Source: an uncultured Candidatus Saccharibacteria bacterium
GTDB lineage: Bacteria; Patescibacteriota; Minisyncoccia; Phycocordibacterales; JACOZG01
Assembly (NCBI GenBank): GCA_964648765.1
Contig: CAZYLF010000001.1
Coordinates: forward strand, 79,042-143,041
Reading direction: 5' to 3'
Length of the DNA: 64,000 nt
Shown piece after piece: positions 27,659 to 36,141 of this stretch (positions are counted from its first letter, which is position 1; each line of letters begins with the position of its first letter). A program made the position numbers and the translations under genes. Below the pieces are notes generated by a model that was given only the letters and a program-made list of their open reading frames with translations, did not search any database and was not told the origin of the DNA.

Positions 27659-29254
27659 TTATCCTCCTTCATCAATTGCTGAAGCTAGCTCTTGCTTCAG
27701 ATTATTGAACCACTCCTTCCGAGGAAGGTTGGTGTTAATCCATACCACCTTTTTGGTTGCCGCATCAGTGATTGTTACTTCAGGATTTGAACCTGCAACG
27801 AAGTCACTACGCGTTTTATCTGTATAAGTGACGATGGTGGTTAACCACATAAAACGCACCACCCCGTCAATTAACTTAATGAAAGGTCGGTGTTCGGCTG
27901 GGTAATTTTGATCCCAGTCGTTAAAAGCCCGACTTCCCATTACGCTGGCACCAATAGTGCTTACCCCCGGCAGCGCCTCGTTGCGCTTGGCGTGAGAGTA
28001 AGTAAAGATTGGACCAATACCATCCGCAGGGTAGAAGACAGAGGCGTTATGCCCCTGATTCGCCTTTGTGTATGGTTCAAGTGAGAAATAATGATACAAC
28101 TTATTTTCACCCCCGCCTTCTTTCAAAAAACGAAAGTAGATGGTGAAGGGCTGTTCGTTATAATCACCTTCTAAGTCAGGGATTCGCACATCGCCTTGGT
28201 GTGAACCAGGGAAGGGTGCAAAAAATCCTGACTGAAAACGGAAACTCTCAGCTGCGTACCGGCTCACATCGTATGGTATGAGTGGCTGGCCGCGCAGGTA
28301 GGAGTGGTTGGCCACCTCTTCTGGTGGAATCCACTCCCCATCACCAATCATCATGAGTTTGAGCCAATGCAACAGCCCGCCCTCACTTTGACGTATCACT
28401 TGCACACCGCCGAATTCCGGTCGAGGGAAAAGTATTCCCTTCCAGCGTACTAGTGACACAACTTCTACCCACTCACCCTTATCATCCTTGATGTATTTAA
28501 CATCACTCGGACTGTATGACAGGAACCGAAACGGATTTAAGAATGAGCGGATAGTGCTAATTTTTACGTTCTTCCCAAGGAGTAGATTCTCACCAACGGC
28601 AAATGATACCGGTGTGCGATTCTTACTTGAGAAGTCTGGTGATGCCGCTTCGCCGGGGAGACTGAGCACTCCTTTCACGTTCTCTATGAGTCGTGGAAAG
28701 AAGTACGAAGGTTCTATCCCCATTGTAAACCGATAGCTATCACCAACCCTAACGTAATAGGGTTCTGAAACTTGATGCACATCCTGCATCCCACCCCTCA
28801 GGGATTGAACCCTAATGGAGTGTAGAGGCTGGATTCGATCATGCTCTGTCACCGGTAGCTCCTCTAGCTCCCGGAGGTCAAGTGTTTTGTAACGCCAGTA
28901 CAAGGTTAAGTACTTGTGAGGTGAAGCGCCAATGTAGCGATAATTAACCGCCATCAGCACCAACACTCCCAAAATTATTAACCACTTTTTCCGACTGATT
29001 CTGTGGTGGTAGTGATAGATCAAAGCAATGGAAGTAACCGCAACGATCACTTCAAAGCTATAGATCCTTACCGCTAGAAACAGTGGCTGTACCCACGCTC
29101 TGGCAAGCAGAGCAAGGAAGAGTGCAACTCCCAATAAAAGGAGGAAGCGTCCTCGATGCTCTTGCCAAAGATTTTTTGCCCAAAGTAGGAAGTTTCTGAA
29201 AATCCAGTACAACCTGCCATGAGCAACCTTTATTTCTGCTTCTGAAGAGGTCAC
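27659..29254 (-). CDS. membrane protein with 3 N-terminal TM helices and about 400-aa extracytoplasmic domain
   Basis: GTG start with GAGGAGG SD, abutting the upstream stop. No recognised family. Confidence 0.5.
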   Translation of the reverse strand: MTSSEAEIKVAHGRLYWIFRNFLLWAKNLWQEHRGRFLLLLGVALFLALLARAWVQPLFLAVRIYSFEVIVAVTSIALIYHYHHRISRKKWLIILGVLVLMAVNYRYIGASPHKYLTLYWRYKTLDLRELEELPVTEHDRIQPLHSIRVQSLRGGMQDVHQVSEPYYVRVGDSYRFTMGIEPSYFFPRLIENVKGVLSLPGEAASPDFSSKNRTPVSFAVGENLLLGKNVKISTIRSFLNPFRFLSYSPSDVKYIKDDKGEWVEVVSLVRWKGILFPRPEFGGVQVIRQSEGGLLHWLKLMMIGDGEWIPPEEVANHSYLRGQPLIPYDVSRYAAESFRFQSGFFAPFPGSHQGDVRIPDLEGDYNEQPFTIYFRFLKEGGGENKLYHYFSLEPYTKANQGHNASVFYPADGIGPIFTYSHAKRNEALPGVSTIGASVMGSRAFNDWDQNYPAEHRPFIKLIDGVVRFMWLTTIVTYTDKTRSDFVAGSNPEVTITDAATKKVVWINTNLPRKEWFNNLKQELASAIDEGG

Positions 29255-29896
29255 TTAGGCCTCCTCTCGTTTGTTCCTTGTGCCAAGAAAGTCCGCCATC
29301 AAGTCTTCCGGCGAGGCGTTCTCGGTGACCACTGGTGGAGCCGGCGCTTCTTGGGGATTTTCTTTTTGAACATTACTACTCGTGCCTTCCACGCGGAGTG
29401 AATGCTCATACTCAAATATCCAAGTGATAAAGCGGTTCCACTGGTTCTTAACCCACGAGCTGCTGCGCTCGTATTGCCTTTGACCCGACTTTACGAGGTC
29501 GTAATCGCCAGCATTGAAACGCTTCTCATAATCTCCAATGACCTCAAACACATTTACTCGTCTCCCCCACAAACGGAGGAAGATTGGCCCAGTGAGAAAC
29601 CCGAAGGCAATCACCAGGATTCCAAAGAGCCAAATGAAGAAGCCGTTAAGCATCCCCACCTCAGAGAAGATCGAAATAAGAAGAATGAATTTTGTCGAGA
29701 GGATAGTGGCCGTCATAAAACGAAAACTCACCGGCCTCTGACAAATAAACCCTTTCTCACTCGTCTTCGCTAGACCCTCAGTGCTGATTCCGCACCACCA
29801 GTTGTACCACTTTACGCCCCTCTTTCGATCCAGAGCGTAAAGGGTCCAAGCCACGCCAAGATATATAATCATCCAGACTATCAATGCACCGTTCAT
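29255..29896 (-). CDS. polytopic membrane protein
   Basis: ATG at 29896 overlaps the upstream TGA (ATGA coupling). Four or five hydrophobic helices. Confidence 0.5.
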   Translation of the reverse strand: MNGALIVWMIIYLGVAWTLYALDRKRGVKWYNWWCGISTEGLAKTSEKGFICQRPVSFRFMTATILSTKFILLISIFSEVGMLNGFFIWLFGILVIAFGFLTGPIFLRLWGRRVNVFEVIGDYEKRFNAGDYDLVKSGQRQYERSSSWVKNQWNRFITWIFEYEHSLRVEGTSSNVQKENPQEAPAPPVVTENASPEDLMADFLGTRNKREEA

Positions 29897-31149
29897 ACAT
29901 GTCTCCTTGGCTTTAAGCCACCGGTCAGGAGCTTCCTGACCGTCCATGTTTTTTGCGCGTCTGGCCACACGCCATAACTTGCAAAAAACGTTTCCTTATC
30001 GTACGCGTGCCAGTTGGTCACCAACGTTGGTGCCACTCGGCAGATGAGCTTCCACACTACCTCAGCCTGAGTTACTGCGAGTGAGCTTTTGGGTCGCCCT
30101 AGTAACCAACGCATCCGTAGCGATAGTCGCTCGAGGTTGATCTCCTCACCGTTCGCCAACTTCTTCTCCAGTCTTTCCAAGGTGGAGTATTCTGGGGGGA
30201 GATGATGGCGAAATTCCATGACCAAACCTTTTTGCTGAGCTCCGTTTAATTTGCTGAAGTCAATCTCGGCATTTTGGCCACTGTATAAAGTAGCAACCAA
30301 AATTGCTTCACGCATTTCTTCAAGAACCCACAGGTTTTGTCGATACCAATCCAGTGGAATTTCCACCAAACCAAGATCGACCATTTGGGCAAAAAGTGTT
30401 TTGTCGTTTCGACTTAACACCTTGCCGCCCGCCACTTTTCGCTTTTTTTCAGCCTCGTTTGTTACTAGGAGCATATTTTGGCTTCCATGGCGGAAGACAA
30501 ATACTCCACCGAACGCCACCGTGTAATAAGCGGCAAGCTCGGTAAACTCTCGAGACACTTCAAGCTTAGGGTTGAAGCGGAGATCACCAAATTTTTTCCC
30601 ACTCTCAAGCAATTGTTGTCTGAGATTAGGGTTTGACCAATCGCCGGCTTCTCCCACAAAGCGTTTCACTAGTGCTCGTTGAGCGCTAGCTTCCTCGATC
30701 ATCCCAAGTGTGTCCGAGAGATTTACTCTCACCGACTTAACCGTGGCTAAGTCGGCAAGCTTCTTCAGTTCAGATACACCTGGATCAATTTGGATAATCA
30801 TCCCAGCGTCACGAGTGACGCGGGTGATTGCTCCCTCACTGCCAGTTAGGACGTTGGCCAGCACCGCCCGCTCAAATGAATAAGTCGGGTTGAAAACTGG
30901 TTTTCCGCCTTGCTCCGGAGTGAGCACGATGGCAAATTGCACTGCGCCATCGTGTGAGAGGTAGTTGGGGTCCTCTTTTTCTTCTGCAATTTGAGGGCTC
31001 CAACCGCGCCCGTCAATCTGAAATCCGGTGAGATTTGTTTTGGTTAACCCAAGTTCGGCGAGGCATTTATTATACCTCTCCACCAAAACTTGGTTGTTAA
31101 CGTCTACCAAGCCTCCACCGTAAAATCCATGTTCTCGAAGACTATCCAT
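29893..31149 (-). CDS. hypothetical soluble protein (418 aa)
   Basis: ATG overlaps the AAA gene stop (TAATG). No recognised motif. Confidence 0.5.
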   Translation of the reverse strand: MDSLREHGFYGGGLVDVNNQVLVERYNKCLAELGLTKTNLTGFQIDGRGWSPQIAEEKEDPNYLSHDGAVQFAIVLTPEQGGKPVFNPTYSFERAVLANVLTGSEGAITRVTRDAGMIIQIDPGVSELKKLADLATVKSVRVNLSDTLGMIEEASAQRALVKRFVGEAGDWSNPNLRQQLLESGKKFGDLRFNPKLEVSREFTELAAYYTVAFGGVFVFRHGSQNMLLVTNEAEKKRKVAGGKVLSRNDKTLFAQMVDLGLVEIPLDWYRQNLWVLEEMREAILVATLYSGQNAEIDFSKLNGAQQKGLVMEFRHHLPPEYSTLERLEKKLANGEEINLERLSLRMRWLLGRPKSSLAVTQAEVVWKLICRVAPTLVTNWHAYDKETFFASYGVWPDAQKTWTVRKLLTGGLKPRRHV

Positions 31150-33140
31150 TAGGCTTCTCCTTTCGCCGTAAGTCTCCTCCTTACTTCTTCTTGAACACCA
31201 AAGGCTTCAATTTGTGCATCAATCGTGCGTTCACGACCGACGTTGGCAATTTCTGCCATGGCATTTAAGTAGCGAACCGTCTCTCGCAAACGAATGTCAG
31301 CGAAAGATAGCCCCTTCATATTGCCCCGCATTAAGTCCTTCAGCATCTCCACCTTAACTTGGTAGTCTTGATGAAAAAATACTTCCGGCTGGTTAAACCA
31401 GTTTTCCGGTAGGTCGAAGTCCATAACACGAGTTTGCACTGCTTGTTGGATGTTACGCACATCCCGTGAAGTGAAGAACGGATACAACTGGTGAATCTCC
31501 GTGAAAAGAGTGGCAAAAAAGCCATGGCTGTTTAAGTCATATCTTTCTCGCATCTTACGGTAAATCACCCGAATCCGTTCATCATTTGGTTCTCCTAGTT
31601 CACCTTCGCGCACCAGAAGATTTTTTACTTCCTTCTGATCATCCAAGTAATTGTAACCTGGGATGTCTGTCATGTTGACGAACTTGGGATCAACTTTTTG
31701 GAGCTTGCGCCACCATAGGTGATCCTGATCGCCAAAGTCATGCACTGTTGTCGCTCCGTTAATTGGGAAGCGATCTTGAATTCGCGAGAGCACTGCCTTG
31801 TCGATTTGCTCGGGCAAGTTGGTGAAAATAATAATCACCGTGTTCCCGCGGATCAATGCGTAAGCGCCTTCAGTATACCGAAGGAAGACGCCGATCACTT
31901 CTCTCACACCGGCACTGACGCCGTTCCGGGTTCGCTCTTCAAGATTATTTTCCCCATCGTCGATGGGAGCAAAGATAACTTTGTCTGGATCTTGAAGACG
32001 CTTCATCCAGTCGAGCATCCGTTCGGCTGACCCACCTTGAAATGTGGAAACCACATTGTCGGGTAGAGGCCAGAAGAGAAATGGGATTTCAATCTTTTCA
32101 CACAGGTCATGAAGTAACGTGGCCGTAGCCGAGATCTGCATCGTTTTACCTGTGCCAGGCTTCCCATAGCCCATTTGCACCATGGGGAAGCCGCCGAGAT
32201 CAAGAAAGGGGTTTCGTTGTTGTTTGAGATCATAACAAGCCAACCGGCTAGCAAGTCGCCTCGCTGCATGCTTGGCCGCTTGATTACCCACAATGTCACC
32301 GAAACCTACTCGATTGAACTCTACACTAACGCCCGCCGTGTGCTTTTTTACCTCGAAACCTTCTACAGTGAAGTCAGTTTCAGCTAACTGATAACTGACA
32401 TTTGTAAAAGCATCGACATACTTAAGCGAGGGCAAGCGCAACTTGATCTCGTTCATCATGGCTTCGCTAAAGCGAATACCCATGCGCACCATAGCAAGGT
32501 CACTTTTGACCAAGCCAGTGCGTTCCGGATCAAGATAAGCCGCCAAGTAAAAGGTGAAGCACTTAAGTGCTCCCGGGATGGTTTGGAGGTCTACCTCAGG
32601 GATCCCATGGAATTCCATGTTGATCATTGAGACTTTGTCCTCTTTGTAACCACTGAGTTTCCAATTGATATAAGCCGCGGCGCTAAAGACTGCAACAGCA
32701 CTTGCGGTGATACCTTTGGCTTGGAGCTCATCCTTTTGGTCTTGGGTTAACTGTCCGGCACCTGCCAATTTGCGTAGTTCTGTTGATCCAACCGCTTTGA
32801 GATACTGCTCGGCTAAGTAAAAGCCGACACTCAAACCAGTTTGGATTGTGATCAACACAAAGTTGGCGTCTTCACTCAATAAACTTTGCCCACCACTTAA
32901 GGTTTGGGCAGTTTTCATGAGTGAAAGCTTTTCGATTTTTGGTGAGCCACTCGCCATTGCGGGGCGCCAAGCGGGAGCATTGCCATTTGGGCCTGCACCT
33001 TTTTGCGCCGCGTTATGTTGAGTATCCCACTCCGTTTTTGGAGCCCACTCCACCGAGGTTAGAAGTCCAAAGGCAATTTGCTTTTGGGTAACTAAATCCT
33101 TGGGATGAATGGGGAAGTGAGAACCGCTAGGAGACTGCAT
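31149..33140 (-). CDS. classical-clade AAA ATPase with large unrecognised N-terminal domain
   Basis: FGDIVGNQAAKHAARRL ... GYGKPGTGKT (Walker A), VIFAPIDDGE (Walker B-like, DD not DE), IIIFTNLPEQIDKAVLSRIQDRF (sensor 1 and Arg fingers). GGAGG plus ATG at 33140. Confidence 0.8.
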   Translation of the reverse strand: MQSPSGSHFPIHPKDLVTQKQIAFGLLTSVEWAPKTEWDTQHNAAQKGAGPNGNAPAWRPAMASGSPKIEKLSLMKTAQTLSGGQSLLSEDANFVLITIQTGLSVGFYLAEQYLKAVGSTELRKLAGAGQLTQDQKDELQAKGITASAVAVFSAAAYINWKLSGYKEDKVSMINMEFHGIPEVDLQTIPGALKCFTFYLAAYLDPERTGLVKSDLAMVRMGIRFSEAMMNEIKLRLPSLKYVDAFTNVSYQLAETDFTVEGFEVKKHTAGVSVEFNRVGFGDIVGNQAAKHAARRLASRLACYDLKQQRNPFLDLGGFPMVQMGYGKPGTGKTMQISATATLLHDLCEKIEIPFLFWPLPDNVVSTFQGGSAERMLDWMKRLQDPDKVIFAPIDDGENNLEERTRNGVSAGVREVIGVFLRYTEGAYALIRGNTVIIIFTNLPEQIDKAVLSRIQDRFPINGATTVHDFGDQDHLWWRKLQKVDPKFVNMTDIPGYNYLDDQKEVKNLLVREGELGEPNDERIRVIYRKMRERYDLNSHGFFATLFTEIHQLYPFFTSRDVRNIQQAVQTRVMDFDLPENWFNQPEVFFHQDYQVKVEMLKDLMRGNMKGLSFADIRLRETVRYLNAMAEIANVGRERTIDAQIEAFGVQEEVRRRLTAKGEA

Positions 33141-34254
33141 AGATTCCTCCTTCCGAGGTGTAAGTGACGTGTTGATAAGTCTTGTAAGACTCACGGAACT
33201 CGTCGTGATGACCAATTTGCTGCAACAAATGATGCGGCAAAATGATCACCGACTGAACCTGGCTGGAGTAGCGGCCAGTGGAAATCTCCATACTGGGGGA
33301 AATGGCAAAAATCTGCTTTACCAATTTCCGGCCGTTGATGAGGTCTAACCAACTCCAAGGCTCTTTTGACTCGCCTTTGGAGTAAATCATCTCTGCATCA
33401 AGTTTTAGTACAAAATCATCCACTTTGCCGAACTCGCTAAGCCATTTACCGATTGGACTTTGATTATCACCCGAGCAAAAGCGCGGACAAATAATTGGTC
33501 CAATCTGTACTCGTTTGATGATCTTAGGGAAAACATGCGGATGTTCATCGTCAATGGAAGTGCCAAGCACCGCCAGAGACGTAGTTCCGCGGTTGCCGTA
33601 CTTACGAACAACCTCGAATATTTCCCCGTAATCATTTTTGAGTTCGAGATGCGTACCATGATAGTCAAACGCCATAATGTACACAAAAGGCACATTGAGG
33701 GTTCGGTCATAACACGCCCAAGAGATAAGACAGCCCAACTTACCACGTGCCTCGCCTACCACGGCAATTTCACCGGGTGAGAAAGGGAGTAACATTGAGT
33801 TCTCATGTAAGCTCTCCAAAAATTGCCGTTTGGCCATTTGTGGTAAGAGCTCAACCGGATCGCGCCCGCGGACTAAAAGTTCTTCAAGCGCCATCTCCTC
33901 GTAAACCCGCCGGCTTGGCAAGTCTACGAGTCGCTCCTCCTTAAGATCAAAATCACTTTCTAACTCGGCAACGCCGAGGTAGTGTGGCAAACCGGAATCG
34001 TTAAGATCCAGTACCAAGTGATCCGATTGATTGAAGAGATGTTTCCACCGGAGCACGCCGACCGTATAAAGCAGTCGGTCTAAATATCCGGCTACGATTT
34101 TTGCCTCCACATCGCCACCGGTAGCCAACTTCTGGTACCAAGTGCGAAGGAATGCAAAAACGCGATTTAAGTGAGCGAAGTATTTGGCATAATCCTCACT
34201 GCTAGTGAGTCGGCAACAATCGCTGACTCCCCGTAACTCGTCGAGTGTCTGCAT
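33127..34254 (-). CDS. hypothetical protein (His-rich motifs; possible but unproven metallo-hydrolase)
   Basis: AAGGAG plus ATG at 34254. Motifs AFDYHG, DDEHPH, ILPHH, GHHDEF. No firm family assignment. Confidence 0.45.
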   Translation of the reverse strand: MQTLDELRGVSDCCRLTSSEDYAKYFAHLNRVFAFLRTWYQKLATGGDVEAKIVAGYLDRLLYTVGVLRWKHLFNQSDHLVLDLNDSGLPHYLGVAELESDFDLKEERLVDLPSRRVYEEMALEELLVRGRDPVELLPQMAKRQFLESLHENSMLLPFSPGEIAVVGEARGKLGCLISWACYDRTLNVPFVYIMAFDYHGTHLELKNDYGEIFEVVRKYGNRGTTSLAVLGTSIDDEHPHVFPKIIKRVQIGPIICPRFCSGDNQSPIGKWLSEFGKVDDFVLKLDAEMIYSKGESKEPWSWLDLINGRKLVKQIFAISPSMEISTGRYSSQVQSVIILPHHLLQQIGHHDEFRESYKTYQHVTYTSEGGIYAVS

Positions 34255-34286
34255 CGATATTCTCCTTTTTTGTTTGGGTAGTAAGA

Positions 34287-34321
34287 CAAAAAAAGGGAGG
34301 GGAGCATAACACACCCCTCCC
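34287..34321 (-). terminator. intrinsic terminator between the coiled-coil gene and the AAA operon
   Basis: Minus strand reads gggaggggtgtgttatgctcccctccc followed by ttttttt. It is immediately followed by the SD/ATG of the next gene. Confidence 0.6.
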
Positions 34322-34351
34322 CGTAAGTTTTACTTCCCGCCAACTAGACCG

Positions 34352-35656
34352 CTAGTTGGTGTTTTGGTAGCTGAAGATCGAGCTCGCGCTCGCCTTCACT
34401 CCATAGTGCTTGCTGAAAGCCTCAAAGGCTTTGGCTTCACGCTCACGCATGAGAGCCGCAGCCTCTGCTTGCCCCGCCGCTGCGTTAGCGATACGAGCCA
34501 AACGTTCGGGATGGTCCTCCACCATTTGCTGGCGGACCTCATCAGAGGCGGCTCCAAATCGAGCCATAGCTTCAGCATTACGCGCATCAATTTCTGTCCC
34601 GATTTTGTCGAGACCTCGCGCCACTTGCTGATCAGCCACACCCTTCATACCCTCTAAGCGGCTGGTATAAGTTACCAATCGCTCTTGAGTGTCAGACTTC
34701 AAAACCATCATCCAGGCTCGCTGGTTGTCGCGCAGTTTGCGCTGTGCCAGTTCGTGGATGGCTAGTTCTGCCGCGAAACGTTCTTTGGACTGATACAGAA
34801 CAAAGACGACATTTCGCTGTCCGCGGAGTTCCTCCATCTCGTTTCGGAGTTTGGTGACCTCTGTTTCCTTGGCCACATAGGCCGCGGTTCCATTGGTGAG
34901 CCCCGCCATCTCCATTTCAGCAAGTTTGACCTTGCTTTCTGTGTCCGAGAGAGCTTTGTCCAACATCTCGAGCTTCTTCGCTGCCTCTTCCTTCACTCCC
35001 AACGCTTCGATCAAGCGGTGAGCCACCTTGACTCGTTCGCTTTCAATCGTGACCGAGCGCGCTTCCATAATCTTGAGCGCTCTGAGCACTTGGGTGGTGA
35101 ATGTCTGAAGTGACTTCTCCATGTTTGACGACATCAGACGCTTGCGATACAAACGCGCTGATTCCGCTTTGGCATGCTGGAGGCCTGACTCGCAGGTTGC
35201 GAGATAGTTTTGGGCAGCAGCAATTCGCTTGCTTTTGAACCAAAAACCGCTCTCGGCCTTTGACAGAGCTTCCTTTGCTTTTTGCAAAGCAAACTCAGCT
35301 CTGGTGACCATCCCCCTTTCTTCGGGTGAGGCTTCAGCCAGGCCCGTCCACTCAAAGCCCATTTTGTTCATGAGTTCGCGGAGTCCGAGAACCGCTTGCG
35401 CTAAGTCCCCCTCCTCCTTCTCCATGTCGGCGCGTAGTGCTTCCACGTTCGCCTTCACAGTCTTGACTCTCATTTCACGAGCGTTGGCCTCCTTCACTTT
35501 CATTGCTTCCTCAAGATCAGTCTCCATTTTGTCGAGACGATCCGTGATGTTCACATCTGGAGTTTTGTGCTCCAGATTAGTAAGCAAGCCGAAGGTGTCA
35601 GTCTGAAGCTCCTTTAGCAGATCCTCTGCTGTCCGCGCCTTTACTGCAGTTTCCAT
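34352..35656 (-). CDS. long alpha-helical coiled-coil protein (TelA/PspA-like architecture, unverified)
   Basis: Track start GTG at 35701; AAGGAG plus ATG at 35656. 434 aa, helical and charged. No TM. Confidence 0.5.
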   Translation of the reverse strand: METAVKARTAEDLLKELQTDTFGLLTNLEHKTPDVNITDRLDKMETDLEEAMKVKEANAREMRVKTVKANVEALRADMEKEEGDLAQAVLGLRELMNKMGFEWTGLAEASPEERGMVTRAEFALQKAKEALSKAESGFWFKSKRIAAAQNYLATCESGLQHAKAESARLYRKRLMSSNMEKSLQTFTTQVLRALKIMEARSVTIESERVKVAHRLIEALGVKEEAAKKLEMLDKALSDTESKVKLAEMEMAGLTNGTAAYVAKETEVTKLRNEMEELRGQRNVVFVLYQSKERFAAELAIHELAQRKLRDNQRAWMMVLKSDTQERLVTYTSRLEGMKGVADQQVARGLDKIGTEIDARNAEAMARFGAASDEVRQQMVEDHPERLARIANAAAGQAEAAALMREREAKAFEAFSKHYGVKASASSIFSYQNTN

Positions 35657-36084
35657 ACAGGTTTTCTCCTTTTCTTCCAAAAATCCTATATTTTGACCCA
35701 CCTACAAGGTGGGCCTATTCGATTGTCAAAAAACAATCACTACTGTCTATATACCTAGCACAATCCGTTTGATTTGTCAACCCATGCTCCATGTTGTATT
35801 TTTATCAATATATCTCGAAAATAATTAAAAAATTTTTGTAAAAATTTTTTCTAATAAATAAATAATAATGACCTGTGGATAACTTACTTGTCCTTTACAA
35901 TGTCTTTTATTAAACTATAGGACAGGTACGATTTGATCTTTGAAAAGGCTGACGAATCCGGAGGCCGGCTATGTCCTTTTAAATCATTTTTGTTTGCCCC
36001 ACTACAATGGTAAACAAAAGGCTAGTCTCCCCTGATATCGGGCCATCCAACCCCAAATAGGGTTGATAAATATAAATAATCCGC

Positions 36085-36125
36085 CCAAAAACACTCCACG
36101 TTTCGGGCGGATTTTTTGTTCCTAA
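36085..36125 (-). terminator. intrinsic terminator after cca (hairpin usable on both strands)
   Basis: atccgccc...gggcggat hairpin with T-rich flanks. Confidence 0.55.
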
Positions 36126-36141
36126 AAGTTTCCCGTGTAAC

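Noticed and set aside
33127-34254. Calcineurin-like or PHP metallophosphatase assignment for the first gene of the AAA operon
   Set aside because: Only loose His-containing motifs (AFDYHG, GHHDEF). Motif order and spacing do not convincingly match either family. Left as hypothetical.
18395-35700. Prophage or integrative-element interpretation of the region around the tyrosine recombinase
   Set aside because: No capsid, portal, terminase, tail or replication genes. The recombinase has typical chromosomal XerC/D features. No flanking direct repeats were found by eye.
35880-36060. SRP RNA, tmRNA or 6S RNA in the 440-nt AT-rich intergenic region
   Set aside because: Conserved hallmarks are absent (SRP GGAAGCAGC apical motif, tmRNA tRNA-like 3' end). 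Only short generic inverted repeats are present.
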